From: Octopus vulgaris
Lineage: Eukaryota
Length of the DNA stretch: 64,000 nt
Direction of reading: 5' to 3'
Assembly (NCBI GenBank): GCA_951406725.2
Contig: OX597816.1
Location: forward strand, 35,030,001-35,094,000
The notes beneath the pieces are model-generated. The model searched no databases. It was given only the letters and a program-made list of their open reading frames with translations, and was not told where the DNA came from. Shown here piece by piece: positions 41,861-55,730 of this stretch. A program made the translations under genes and the position numbers. How positions within the stretch are numbered: the stretch's first letter is position 1; every line of letters starts with the position of its first letter.

Positions 41861-42161
41861 CGGAGATGTACTCGCATAGCAAGTGATTTGATCTGAGATC
41901 GTGTGCTGGAACGAAAACAATTGCAGCGTGGAAGGTGTTTGTAAGCCATTTAAGAAACACACAAAAGCCGTTCGATTCACTTCAACATTTAAGTTTAATT
42001 TGTCAAAAAGTTTTCGTCGCTAAAATCCGCGACCTGTTCACTGACAAAAATCCGTTAGCGACGAAAATATTTTGACAAATTAAACTTAAATGTTGAAGTG
42101 AATCGAACGGCTTGTGTATGTTTCTTAAATGGCTTACAAACACTTTTCACGCTGCAATTGT
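41858..42161. mobile_element. (TA)n-embedded inverted-repeat element carrying a variant hammerhead
   Basis: 41917-42022 and 42056-42161 are inverted arms. Confidence 0.8.
41999..42048 (-). ncRNA. Type I hammerhead ribozyme, G3:C8 core variant
   Basis: Minus strand TTTGTCA-GTGAACA-G-GTCGC GGATTTTA GCGAC-GAA-AACTTTT-TGACAAA; 7-bp stem I, 5-bp stem II. Confidence 0.65.
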
Positions 42162-42193
42162 ATATATATAAATATATAAATATATATATATAT

Positions 42194-42238
<45 letters not shown>

Positions 42239-42242
<4 letters not shown>

Positions 42243-42865
42243 CATATTTAAAGGGCTAAAAATCCACTATGTGGTCATCCGTATGCTAGAAGTAGATCAC
42301 CTACGATCAAACTATAAAGAAAAGAATGTTCTCTAGAAAAAAATTCAGCGGACACTAGAACAATATGCGGGCAAGACAGATGAAATTTATATAAAAAACA
42401 AGAATTACTCGCAGACCGGCGATTTCGCCTATTAACGAATGAATCACTTACGTAATCCGTCGTCCGTAGGGCTCGTCAGTACAATCGTTCCACAGGTAAT
42501 ATAATTTGTAAAACTAACAACAAGTTTTCTGTATAAAAACAGACACGTGCTTAGTGTCACTGATTACATTGGGGTTAATTTCAAATGTCTGAGTCCTAGA
42601 GCGCTAAAATCCGGAAACAAAATATGCAGAAAATAATTTACTGCAGTTGATGCTGCCTATTAGAGAACATATTTAGTTTAACATTTAAATAATGAGGCAG
42701 ATAAATTGAATATTAATTTAATTAATATCAATTTAAAACCAGTAGCCTAGCATACAAAAATCTGAAGAATCAGAGAAAATTATAATACATGTGTATATTT
42801 AAAGGGCTAAAAAAACACTATGTGGTCAGCCGTATGCTAGAAGTAGATCACCTACGATCAAACTA
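42239..42865 (-). mobile_element. Non-coding 551-bp unit with 76-bp direct terminal repeats (retrozyme/PLE-like)
   Basis: 42239-42314 repeated at 42790-42865 with few mismatches; internal hammerhead; no ORF. Confidence 0.75.
42409..42484 (-). ncRNA. Type I hammerhead ribozyme (GUC site)
   Basis: Minus strand TTGTA-CTGACGA-GCCCTA...TAGGC-GAAA-TCGCCG-GTC-TGCGA; canonical core and all three stems can pair. Confidence 0.75.
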
Positions 42866-42867
42866 CA

Positions 42868-43431
42868 TAAAGGGGAAGTTTACGAAAATAAACAAAAGAC
42901 GAAGGCAGGTGGAGTACAAACAAACAAATGTATTAGTATAGCGCTCAGGAATAGAAAAAGTCTTTTACGTTTCGAGCCTACGCTCTTCGACGGAAATATA
43001 CACGGGAAAAAGACAAGGAGAGAAACAAGGAGGAGGAAAAAAGAGAGAAAAAAGGAGAGAAAAAAATATATATCTTCGCTATTCACACATACACACTTAC
43101 ACACTGACACACGCCATTCTCGCATACATACACACGTCCTACACACGTCCGTGCACATGCTCTTGTCGGGAGCACTAGCGTTATTATTATCTCCCTTCCA
43201 TTCAACCACGTTTTTAAATATTATCTCCTTTTCTTTCAACATCTGTTTTCGCAATCATTTGCCGTGCAGGTCTGCCCAACTCTACACATGTTTTTCAGTC
43301 TCACTCTGTTTATTTCCTCTTATCCCTTCCTGATGAATTGTCTAGGCTCGAAAAGTAAAAGACTTTTTCATTTCTCCCGAGGGTCAAATTATGCAATTGT
43401 TTGGCGTTCATACACCTGTCTTCGTCATTTG

Positions 43432-43438
<7 letters not shown>
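42868..43438. mobile_element. Inverted pair of PLE pLTR-type family X ends, each with a minimal hammerhead motif
   Basis: Minus copy 42868-43070 (TCGAAGAGCGTAGGCTCGAAACGTA at 42962-42996); plus copy 43310-43438 (CTGATGA...GGCTCGAAAAGTA at 43330-43361). Confidence 0.7.
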
Positions 43439-43942
<504 letters not shown>

Positions 43943-43955
43943 CTATAAGTAAGCG

Positions 43956-44146
43956 TATCTGAGAGACACCACCATGCCGAAATAGCAGTCAAACCCTGAC
44001 TCTAAAAACCAACTAAAATGTTCATAGTTTATTTTGCTAGTTTATTTTGTCTATCTGTCTTATCTCGTGGTGCGATATGAACATTTTAGGTGGTTTTTAG
44101 AGTCAGGGTTTGACTGCTATTTCAGCATGGTGGTGTCTCTCAGATA
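43956..44146. repeat. 71-bp inverted repeat in a (TA)n-embedded element
   Basis: 43956-44026 is the reverse complement of 44076-44146. Confidence 0.85.
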
Positions 44147-44226
44147 TTTTTATTTATAGTTGTAAAACATTATTACCTTTGTAAGGTATTTATTCCCATG
44201 CTGGCCACTTGATAATATCGATATTA

Positions 44227-44301
<75 letters not shown>

Positions 44302-45759
44302 GCATACATACATATACACAAACGTATGTATGCATGTTTGAACGAATGTATGTATGAATGTATGTATTTATGTTGTTAGCTCAAATAATTGCAGAAGAAA
44401 TATTACGGATAGTAACAGCATCCAAATTTTCCTCTCCATTATCTGCATTTTCTCTCTGCTAGCGCTGTCAATTGGTAGTTCATAGACGTAATTATGAAGT
44501 CAGGATAGTAACAGCAATTTAAAATTCACCAAGTGAAAAGTCGTCCAGCCACTCTTGCAACACCATTTGTCATGCATACTTGGACTACAGCATTCTTGAA
44601 CCCCGTAACCTTTCGTTTAAAAAAAGTTGCCTCCGGTGGACCAAGTATGAAACGTTGACTTACTTCAAAAGGTAAATCTGCTACTTCCAGTAGATGAATT
44701 AATTCAGTTTTAGAATAAATATCAAATTCAATGAAGGGTAATTTTTCTACCGTACTATGGACATTTCAGCGTCAAATAATATCATCTCACATCTATTAAG
44801 CCTGAGGTTTTCTTAGAGTAAAACCTGTCTCAAGCATTGTGTCTTTGTCATGGTGATTTGCAGCATTCAAAATTATTCTTGTCTCTTTTGTCAGGGCTTG
44901 TTGTTGCTTTCTTTCATTCCATTGGAATTATACACTTGCTGTGCCCTATGATCCTGATTCACAATTTCTTGAAAATCTATCTACCTTGTTTTTAATGAGA
45001 AAGCGATTCCATGTTTGTCGATATTGCTAGGCATTATATATCAGGAATACACACACGATATTCATGAGGAAGTCATTTTCGTGAAACTTCTTATGCTTCT
45101 TATTTCGAAGCAGTTTGAAGAATAATTTCTCGCTGTTCTTGAAACATTAGTTCTTATACGTGTTTGCCTCGAACTGCATTCGCTTGTCGTTTAATCATTC
45201 CTTTCTATTCCGTTAAATTCTTTTCATCCTTCCTTGCTGCAGAATCCTTGTTGCTTCCCTCTGAAAACGTCTGTGTTGCTTAATCATATTTGGTCTTATG
45301 GTGAATAAAATATCTTTGAATAAACTGAAATTGCAATTCATAGGAAAAATGTAATTAGGAAATGTAGGTAACCACGTCGTCTCATGTTGTCACTCCATAT
45401 AACATTGATACACTTTTTGTTATATTTTTTTAATTTATAAATGGCAAATGAATATTTCAGAAGCTATGTGTTTCTACAAATACTTAACGTAACAAACCGA
45501 GAAATGTGCATGCCCTAAATACATTATTGTAAAACTTGAAATATTTACACAATTATCGGTAAATATTAAATGCATAATGAGAAATTTTCGGCAACATACG
45601 TATTATATTTCACCATTCCTATACGTACAAGCAATTATACAAACACAGACGTATATATATATATATATATATACACACACAACTTCGATACGTTTAGACC
45701 AAAGATTGCTCCAGGCCATCTCTAACAAAATAGCATCATCCGATGGTATTTCTTGAACG

Positions 45760-47010
45760 CTTTTTAAGTCAAGTTTTGGAGTACCATGCCCAATGTGAGC
45801 AGGGTATTCTTGTTCAATGATTTATAACAAGATATAGGGTGGCTTATCTGGTATCCCTTGAAGAAATTTATCCCGATAGCGTTTAAATGTGATGAGATAT
45901 TTTACTTTTTTGATTTGTTTTGGGACAATGTTAAATAGGACTATGTCAGTTGAAGCAAAGAAACTCTTTTGCTGTGAAATAGTGTGCTGCGATCCTGGAT
46001 TGAATAGGGGTCTATTGACCGTATTCCTAGCCTTGGATGAATTATAAAACTAATGTTGTGGCCGGTTGGGCAATGCTGCTGGTATTTTCTCCACATTGTG
46101 CAAATGATGTATCGCTCACGGTGGCGCTGGACAGAATAGAATTCCAGTACTTGAAGGCGGTCCCTATAATCAAGATCAGTCATCGCCTTAATCCTTTTAG
46201 CGAATGCCCTCCGGGGTTATTCAAACTTCGAAATATTCTGTTTTGTGTTGGGGGACCACAGGGGGTAGCAGTATTCGAGGTGTGGCAGAAAAGGGAGAAG
46301 AAAAGGGGCTTGATGACAAGTTGTTTCTTTGGACAGGAATATAATGCTTTTAGGATTCAGGAGCTTATCTTACGAGTTATATCTAATTTTTTTGTTGATG
46401 CAGGTAGTCCACCTGAGATTGTTGCCTACAATTACTCCTAGGTCTCTGATATTATTAGATGCTGAAGGAAGAGAATATGTCTGTTTTAACATCGTTCAAA
46501 TTTCTCCCCATTTGGTCTCATATTGTTTTAACCTGCCCATTGACTTACAGCGTGTAGATCAGACTAATTTTCAGTTCGGTCTTCTCCGCTGATAATTTTC
46601 TGGAACTTGGAGTCATCGGCGAATATTTTAATTTTGCTGTTATTGGTGACGCCTGAAATGTCGTTTACATAGATTATAAACAGAAGCGTGGCCCAAGACA
46701 GGCACTGAGGGATGCCACTGAATACATTTGCTAGGCTTGGTTGGGTTCCACTGAACACAACATGCTGTATTCTGTTCTCCAGGAAATACTTAATGCACGG
46801 ATTGCAATATTTGACAATTTTACTGTAAGATATTGTGGCTGATTCTGTCAAACGCTTTACAGTGATCAAGATATATGACAGCTGAGTTCGAACCTGATGA
46901 AGGCTTTAAGGACATCATCAATGTGATGCAAGAGCTATGTCAGACAGTTTCTGCTATAGCGAAAGGCATGCTTCATTGAAATTAGAAGATTATGGCTCTC
47001 TAGGAAGCCT
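45760..47010 (-). mobile_element. CR1-like LINE reverse transcriptase remnant
   Basis: FLENRIQHVV..SGIPQ...LLFIIYVNDI...IKIFADDSK; LEYCYPLWSP; LDYRDRLQVLEFYSVQRHRERY; frameshifted. Confidence 0.85.
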
Positions 47011-47671
47011 GTTGAATTAGTATGTCTTTCTATTTGAACTTTTTTTGAAATTTATTTTCAAAAAGTTCAAATAGAAAGACATGGCTTATATCGCAGCTGT
47101 CTGGCTGCTATGAAATTGAAGCTTACCTAACATTTAGAGGGAGTTCATGGGTCAAATTAGTATATGTTTTGAATACGATCTGATTGGGGGAGGACAGTCA
47201 CATGACAAGTCTTAGAAATTTGTGTAGGTTTCCCACTACATCCGTGAGTTAGTATCAACAATGATTGGCGTCGTAAGATTACATAGGTCAGATAAAGCTT
47301 ACTCTAAGAGATTGACTGACTATTCACCAACAACAAATACGAGACTCCAATACTAAACAGGTGCCACTGAGTGGAAACATAGTCATATGTACAAAGAATA
47401 AGTTCCCCAAGTCCCAGGTCTTCCTTCCCACACTACTTATATTCAGCGAATACCATAGATGAAGCACGGATAAAGAAAGAAAATACTTTCATATAAATGT
47501 ACAAACCATATGTACACAAATTACTATTCACTCACAAAATTTATTCTGCCACTTACCATTTTGAAGCTACACAGCTAACAACTTAAACTTTAGCCAATGG
47601 ACTAGATACAAACGATTCGTGTTCACCGCTATTTCTAGCGCATGGAGTCTCTAGATACCAGCTCTAAAATT

Positions 47672-47789
<118 letters not shown>

Positions 47790-48749
47790 AATAACTGTAG
47801 CTCAACCTAAATGCCACGGAGAATAATATATATATAACCTACGTTTATTAGACCAAATTATTAACAAGTGAAATATCGTAAGCTAAACGCTTTTCCTCAT
47901 TTCATCTTTCGGAATTCTTCGTCTTCCTCATATTTCCCCTGTCAACACATAGATTATTGTTATATGTGAGAGTAACGGAAGAAGTTTTGTTTTCCTTTAT
48001 GTCCAAGCAAAATTAATGTTTTAACCGAGCACATAATACAGGCCTTCCAATGCCTTCTTTGCACATGCTATTTCAGTGAATAAATTCACTTGTCTTGTTT
48101 CATATCTACAGTCCGCAAATTGTCCGTGTCGTTAATCTCTCCGATTAAATGTCATTCTAGACAGAATGTTATGTAGCCCAGTACAGAAAGTTATTACAGG
48201 CTGTCCCCCATTTCAAAATTACCCATTACAGGCTACTCATAATTGTAATATGTGTAGTCGAACTATATAGCATTTACAATGAGGGACTAATTAATGAACG
48301 AGTTGCTCCAGCTTCGCCGGTAATACAGAGGTTACGAATTAGTATAGTGTGTGCTCATGGCTAAAATCGTCAATAACAAATATTGGTCCGTCATGAAACG
48401 GGAACGTATGATAGAATTCATAAAATTTAATAAGGCTGTATCGGTTGACAAAAATAGAATGGAAACATTCTTAGAATCTTTGAAGTGTCGCTTAGGAATG
48501 GTACACCAAAAACATGCATTCGTTTCTGATTAATTTGTGTACTCTTAGAACGAAGGTAGAATTTTTAAGCTAATATACTTGCCTTCTCTTATGAAGGACA
48601 AGAGGGTCGAATGGCAGTGGCATAAGTCGACGACGAATCCATTAATCGGTCTTTCTTTGATAATAGTGGGCAGATGCTACTGTAACTGAAACAGGTGTGT
48701 ACAGCCTTCCTGTAGCATTTTAACTAACTTCTCAGGAAAAGTGCTGTGC

Positions 48750-49050
48750 TCAAAGGTTTGATAGATTCCGGTACTTAAGTCGATTCTTTCTTATGATCGT
48801 CGATAGTAGAATGTTTCTGAAGCTTATATTAGCTGAGGAAATAGAAGGTACGTTTGGCAACGGGATGAATGATAAGCTGGTTTGCATAATCTGCTCTAAG
48901 AGTTTTACTTTTATACCCCAGACCTGTTTGTACAGCTCTTGGCATGTATGTAACATAAATGGCAGCAGATTGTTTAATGTCTGAGTAATGATGCATGATC
49001 AATTGATATTCCAAGCGAATCATCTCCAAAATAAATATCAAACAATGCCC
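48750..49050 (-). mobile_element. Possible highly decayed MULE transposase fragment
   Basis: LHTCQELYKQV...SLSFIPLPNV loosely resembles the MULE FHxxQ...LAFLP pattern. Confidence 0.25.
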
Positions 49051-49559
49051 TGACAAATTCAAATGAATCAAATACTTTCGATAGTATTTTCTATTCATAC
49101 TTAATTCGGTTTCGATACCGTCTTCCGCAGTTGGATTGCGGAAAAATGTAGCGAAAACTGCCGGTGGTTCGTATGAATGTTTACTTAATGAAACACTTCG
49201 GTATCATGCACATTCTTGATGACGGGTGTCCCTTTTCTCCTGAGTATGTATGTATTATTGAGTTACTACCCCGGAACTAAAGACGCTGACATCCAGCGTG
49301 AGCTGGAATCTGGAATACACATGAGGGTTTATACATACAATGTTACCATCATGTCTTTGACACTAGACATATTGAGATGATTGGCTCTGTAGTGTGGTGA
49401 AAAGAGACAATGAGAAGAAGAAAAGTCAATTCTCATATAGAAATGGGTCCAGACAAAGTTATACTTGAGAGTTCCGGTGTAGAACTGGCGAACACTTATA
49501 TTTCCTCCGTCATATATTGCAGCTTCATCGTCCCTGATTGCCACAGTTCACATCAATGT

Positions 49560-49820
49560 GGACTAAGGTGCCTACTCTTCCACTGTCAGTGACAAAGACA
49601 CATCTCTCTGGTCAGGGGTTCTATTTATTATCAAAAACCTCTGAATCGAGACCTGTGCTTGCAATGTTACAGAATAGTCAAAAATGTGAGATACACACCG
49701 TCACCTTGGACTCAGAAGGTAAATTTGTCTTTCTGGATGTGAACAGCTGGGAACGAAATGCCTAGTGACTGGTGATTATCTATGCTCCCACAGGGGTAGG
49801 ACAGCCGGTCATCTTCATTT
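49560..49820 (+). mobile_element. Decayed APE endonuclease fragment of an L1/Tx1-like LINE
   Basis: VTLDSEGKFVFLDV...LVIIYAPTG resembles DxEGR...V...IYAP. Confidence 0.5.
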
Positions 49821-51639
49821 ATCCAAGGTCAGGGGATAACAGGGCAACCTATTTCCTTACCAAACAATTTTCGGAATACATTTACAATAAAAGTATATAA
49901 TATTGGTTTGTTTCTTCTAGAATGTTAATTGTAAATTATGAGCTACATAAGTAAAACAAATACGAGTGATTGGCTGTGAGGTTTACACATCTTATGCTGT
50001 TCGAATAACTCAGAAATGAAAACAGGTATCTCAATCATGCGAAAGATTTGTATAACATTCTAGTGTACTTCTTTTAAGCCAGTTCGAAAGTATAGTTCAT
50101 TGATGTAGTTGCAATTCTTGATATGAAAGAAATATTCACAGTTACAGTAGAATCTTTCAACACCATTATTACCTACCTGCTGTAAACTAACTTCCGCGTC
50201 TTATCAGGAATTAAATCCCTCGGGGATAGTTTCTGCAAATACAAAGGTGATTCCAGTGAAGTATCTAGAAAATATTTTCAAACAAGCAAAGTAGATATTA
50301 ATTTTTCAACATAATACATTGATCAAGAAAATTTTATAATACTGACACTTTTTTTACATACACATCCATCCTAGTTTTGCTCATCTAAAATTATTATCTT
50401 GTATCGTAGGTATAAGTCAATATATCACGGTAATAAATAATGAGAGAAAACTGTTTTAAAAAATCACGTGTAAAAATCCGTGTGTTTGTTTTTTACACGA
50501 AATATTGATATGGTTGTTGATAACTTATAGAATATTATCACGATAATATTCAGAAGAATTATCAGAGAAAGACCCTTGGGAATATTTAGTTAACTGAAAA
50601 ATAGTTTTCACAGTGATAAACCGTGACGTCTAAGCATTGTGCGCTTCAGTTCTTGTACGATTTTTGTAACGGTTTTATAAGATATTTCAACTCAATAACT
50701 AGGATCAATTTTGTCTTTGAAATGCTGAAATTGCCGATGTAATTCGCAACCGGAGAGCAAAATGAGGCATATTTAATTTCGTTATAACAAATACAAATAT
50801 AAAGTTTTGTCAGCTTTAACAAACCTCATAATCACTCCATTTCGTAATAATGGGATTTCATTTGTATAAATAATAGAATGCGAATTAAAATGTGCAAATG
50901 GACACTCGAGAATTTCCTCCATCAAATTTCAAATAAGGGTAATGAGTGGTATGAGCTATAAACTACAGCTGATAATATACAATCTCAGAACTTTTCTAGA
51001 TGATGCATATATACTTTAATGGGATAACAGAGACGAAACCACATGAGATAGTTCAGAGATGCAGGATAACAGCAAAACGAACTGAGAAACTATTACGCTA
51101 GCATCGGCATTAAATTATTTATCTAATTTCAGTGGAGTTTCGTTGAAGTGGGAAATACAATTAATTTAGCGCCTGTAAATAGAAAGTATTATTGAAAATT
51201 CACATTACGTATTTGTAAAATATTTATCATATTTTCCGAAATATTATGTCTCTACAGCTATACAAATACACTCATTCTCATTTTCCAAAAATAGAAGCAA
51301 TATCTAGTGATTTGGTCAAATGTATATCTATCAGTTTATTTACTTCAATAGAGAAAGGACATTAAATTGAAGAGTGCACGTAGTGCCTCAAATTTTAAGA
51401 AGAAAAACGGCTACTTCACAATGTTCAACATATTTATTAGATATCGCCTTATATCAGATCAGTTATGTAAAAAGGTGAGTAAGGTAAGATGGAATTCAGC
51501 GTCGCTGCATACACTGTTTGTAGGAAGGATCCCAAGACTTCTCGAGCAACCCACTGAAAAGTGTTGCAGTCAGTTCTCAGAACAATAGAATACTTCCTTA
51601 TCCGCTGTGACCATGAATCATGTAACCGACCATTTTGAA

Positions 51640-52420
51640 CCTTCACTCAGCCGGATCTTCACAAAAGTAATCACTGTACGAATAGATCCAAATCGGAAAA
51701 TCAAGTAACATGAATAAACAGTCTAAGCTGACGCTCCCGAATCATACAACTAGACGCATCCTTTTTCTTTGTGTAGTTTATTGGTAGATAGTAATCCTTT
51801 GAAGAATCTTTGTATGAAAAGCTATCTGGCGGAATTGGAGGTCTACGAAAAGGGTCCATGTCTCGCAAATATAGATCAAGACAGGAAGGACACCAGCACT
51901 TAAAACAGTACCTTTGTATCTCTGTTCAGATAACGGTAGCCGCAAACGAGCATTCCAGTAAGACAACAACTGCATCAGCACACCACAGTCTTTCTAAAAC
52001 TTTCAACTCGCAGCTGCTGCTGCTGCTATCGATCACACTGCTGAGATATGTGAAGCGGTCAACAACTTCAACATTCTCACCCGTAACAGAGACCAGCGAG
52101 ATGGATTCCCTAGAAAGAGAAACAGAAATCAAGAAACCCTAAGTCCAAGTTACATCGAGAGACTGAACAAGAATAGCAGCACTAACAGTCAAAGCCCGAT
52201 CAATAATCTTGGTTTCATCAGTGAGAGCTCCATTATTTGATCCAGCTTCCATTCGGTCAAATATCTCATCCATGCTATACTGAAAAACCATGACACACCC
52301 AAAATATCTTGGAAGACAATATATGATGAGCTCTCAATTCGAACACTGCTTAAGGTTCCAGTGCATAATGCCCCTAACAACCTAAGCAGTCGGCGATGTA
52401 TACCTCGCAGCTTCAGATTC
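51640..52420 (-). mobile_element. RTE-clade LINE RT remnant
   Basis: GENVEVVDRFTYLSSVID; VLPVLIYICETWT; GALCTGTLSSVRI; many disruptions. Confidence 0.75.
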
Positions 52421-54076
52421 CTCTAAAATACATATCTGTCCACAGAGACATGTAAGACATGATGCAAGCGACCCCTTCCTGCAGTGCTGCCTGTGTTCCA
52501 TGGTTACACGGAGAGCCAGAATCTTGTGAGTATTTCTCCTGTTTAATGTGAACCGTGACTGCTTCGGCCACTACAGTCAAGCAGATTATTTCGCATTCCA
52601 TTTAAGATAACCTTGGCAAAGACCATACTGGGTCCTGAAAGTTCTTTAATTTTAACAGCAGTCACTTTACCTTTCCAGATAGGAAAATATTTATAACCAA
52701 CATCCAGCCAGACACATATGATAGCAATGTTCCAAAAACAAGACTGAAGTGGGCTCATATTTCTAGATCCTCTCCTAATGGATGCCACAAACACCAGCTT
52801 CTATCGCGACCTTCTTGTGACCTACCGCCAAATGAACCTCTTCTCATCGAATTTGAGACTAAGCGTATCAAACGATAGAAGACGTAGTGGAAATTAGCTT
52901 ATAAAATTCAAAATTATTAATTACCACGCATAGAGAGAAAAATTCTTAAAATGGAAATTCAAATTTAGATTTAGATTTTCATAAGCAGGAAGATAAACAA
53001 ATGATAGTTTATGTAGATCTAATATAAATTTCATATTAGATTTGAGGTAGATAACTGACTTAACAATGAATATTTTATTTATCATTCCCATTATTCCTAT
53101 TTCTGAAATACTAGTGCCTATTATAAAAGTGTACAAATGTATGATATGAAACTGTATTCAACAAAGAGAATATTTAGGAAATAATAATCAAATCAATTGT
53201 GTTACTTATATTAACGCATCAAAAAGATGCTCCATACTCACTTGAAAACAGTAACTGTAACTGTAACAAGTGTTCTAGTTGATTCGATTAAGGGAACAGT
53301 TTGGTCATGAAATGAACGCGCAAGTTACTGAGCACTTCACGAATACGCATTCGCTTAATGTTGTTCTTAGGAATTCTCAGTGAGACATAGAATGTAACAA
53401 GACGGATCCTTAAAAATAAGGGGCTACTCGTTTTCGCTTGCTGAGCGTGCTGGAACAACGTGAGATAAAATACTTTGCTCAAGAGCACAACTGTCCATCC
53501 GGAATCGAACTCGTATCTCAAGGTTAGATCACCGGACTCATCATAGACCATTCCAGTGAAAAATTTCAAATAATTTAAATTTCAAATTCGCAAGACACTC
53601 GTTTTATCTACAGTCTAGTTGATTATTTCTGTTGTTTCTCTCTGTCTTTTCTACATACTCGTGCTCGTTTAAACGTCGCTTGCTTCTAACGAAGTTCCTG
53701 CACAATTTTCTTATCTTAACCAGCTTGATAAATGGCGGAATTAACAGATACTTCGGCGAGAGAGTTGTATTTCCCATGGCATTTGTTTTTTTATTATAAC
53801 ATACATATATATATATATATATATATGTAAATGGCTGAATGAATTATCCTTTGTTTACCCTTAACATGGAAAATTCAATAAACAGTTACTAGGGTAGCAA
53901 AATTGACGCAAATAACACGGATGAAGATAGAGACTCCGGGCTAATGTGCAGTAATTTGTTTAGAATAAGTAAATAAATGGAGTTGAACGAAAATGTTATT
54001 AAAATTCTTTTACTTCCGACATATGTTTCGAAGACAACATTGGTTGTATTCCAAAGGAATAAAAGGTGTTTATTTA

Positions 54077-54131
<55 letters not shown>

Positions 54132-54289
54132 CTAATGATAAGAAGAAGATAAAGAAAATACTTTAACACATCTTTAAAGATTCGTTACAACTGTCTCTGT
54201 ACCTATTTGAACTGCCAGTTTTTGCAGACGTGTACGCAATGTTTACGGTTTTAGACTTTAAAGAGGCCCGTCATCAGATACCTAAGGAA

Positions 54290-54630
54290 TTTTTCCTTTG
54301 GTCAGGAACCTAACCATATTGATAGCGCAGTATGCGGGTGTGATACTTCTACAATATGAACCCAAAACCCCTCATTTTACCGTGAAAGACCACCAACCTA
54401 ATTTTCTCTCTAAACCCTCCATCCGACTCATCTGTCCAACAAAGTCAGATTTAGGCAAAATTAGTAAATGTATACACGATCGTGTAGTTCCTGGTGTTAG
54501 AACTAAGGGTGAGCCCCTTCTATGGATCTCAAATAGTTTCATTCATTCAAATATAAAAGCCGCATCAATTTTATTCAATTTGATATATCAAACTACTATG
54601 CAACGATATCTATGCACATATCCCACGATC
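54290..54630 (+). mobile_element. PLE reverse transcriptase N-terminal fragment
   Basis: HFTVKDHQPNFLSKPSIRLICPTKSDLGKISK resembles the PLE TLKDHKxNF...RLIxPxKSxxGxISK motif. Confidence 0.7.
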
Positions 54631-54631
54631 T

Positions 54632-54672
<41 letters not shown>

Positions 54673-54688
54673 ACACACACGCACACAC

Positions 54689-54727
<39 letters not shown>

Positions 54728-54744
54728 ATTCTGGCAGCGAGGGA

Positions 54745-55730
54745 ATTTTTTATTAAATATATGTTGTAAGGAGTGACCAGTAGAGCGGAAAAGGCACGAG
54801 GTGTCATTGCCAAGTATGATGTCTCGGAGGTGTTCCGTGAACCGCTCAGCCAAGCGGCGTCCCGTTTGACCGATATACAAAGAAGAACAGAAAGATCAGG
54901 AGATGTAGCTACTAAAAGTGCAGGTAGAGATGATGTGATAAGGACGATGGTGGGAACCTGTGAGGATGGTGTTGTTGTAGAGATAGGAATATGTGCGACA
55001 GCGTGGGCGGGATCAGGGGGGAATTCTCCAGACTGGGAAGTGGGTTTGGGAATGATCTGCGGACCAGGAAGTCACGCTCGTTATGGGTTCATTTGAAGGA
55101 GGGAGGTACAGAATGTGGAAGATGTGTGAGGAGGAGTTATCGGAGTGTAATCGCCGGAAGGCTACGAGAGAGGTGCGCTGGAGAGTCAGGGTGGAGGGCT
55201 GGTAAGTGAGGGAAAATGGGAGACTGACAAGGGTGGGCAGGTGCAAAGAAGAAGAGCAGAGGCACGGTCCACAGATCGTGTCCTGGAAAAGGCAGCGTGG
55301 ATATTGGTGAGGGGTTATCCACATTTGATGAAATGGCGATCCATGAGTTGAGACTGAGTTTCAAAATCATGGCTGTCGCTGCGAAGCCCACGCAGACTGT
55401 GCGATTGGGTGTAGGGGTGGAGAGCATGGTATAGGTAGTGTGAGAGAAAGAGAAATTAAGATAGCAGTGAGAGTTAGTGTGTTCGTAGTGGATGGAGGCA
55501 ATGGGAGCGTAGTGGTATATATGTAGTACAAATTTACAGAATAAAACTCGAAGAGACGGAACAACAAGAAGATGTAATAGTTTGACGCCAGGGAGGAATG
55601 CAAAAATATTTAACGTTTCGAGCCTACTCCTTTTGAAGGAAAGAATCGAGAAGTGAAAATGGAGGGAGAACAAAAACAAAATCGGAGAGAGAGAAATATC
55701 TAGGAATAAAAGGCTCAACATGATGAAAAC
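54745..55730 (-). mobile_element. PLE: thumb, GIY-YIG endonuclease and upstream family-X-like terminal repeat
   Basis: HYEHTNSHCYLNFSFSH; LYIGQTGRRLAERFTEHLRDI; GTAGGCTCGAAACGTT hammerhead half near 55612-55627. Confidence 0.85.

Noticed and set aside
44400-45300. Possible hAT-type transposase remnant on the minus strand
   Set aside because: MTNGVARVA only loosely resembles VxNDxAERGV; too decayed to support
54185-54285. Hammerhead on the minus strand (CTGATGACGGG...)
   Set aside because: GAAA is replaced by TAAA or GAGA and stem I cannot be paired convincingly
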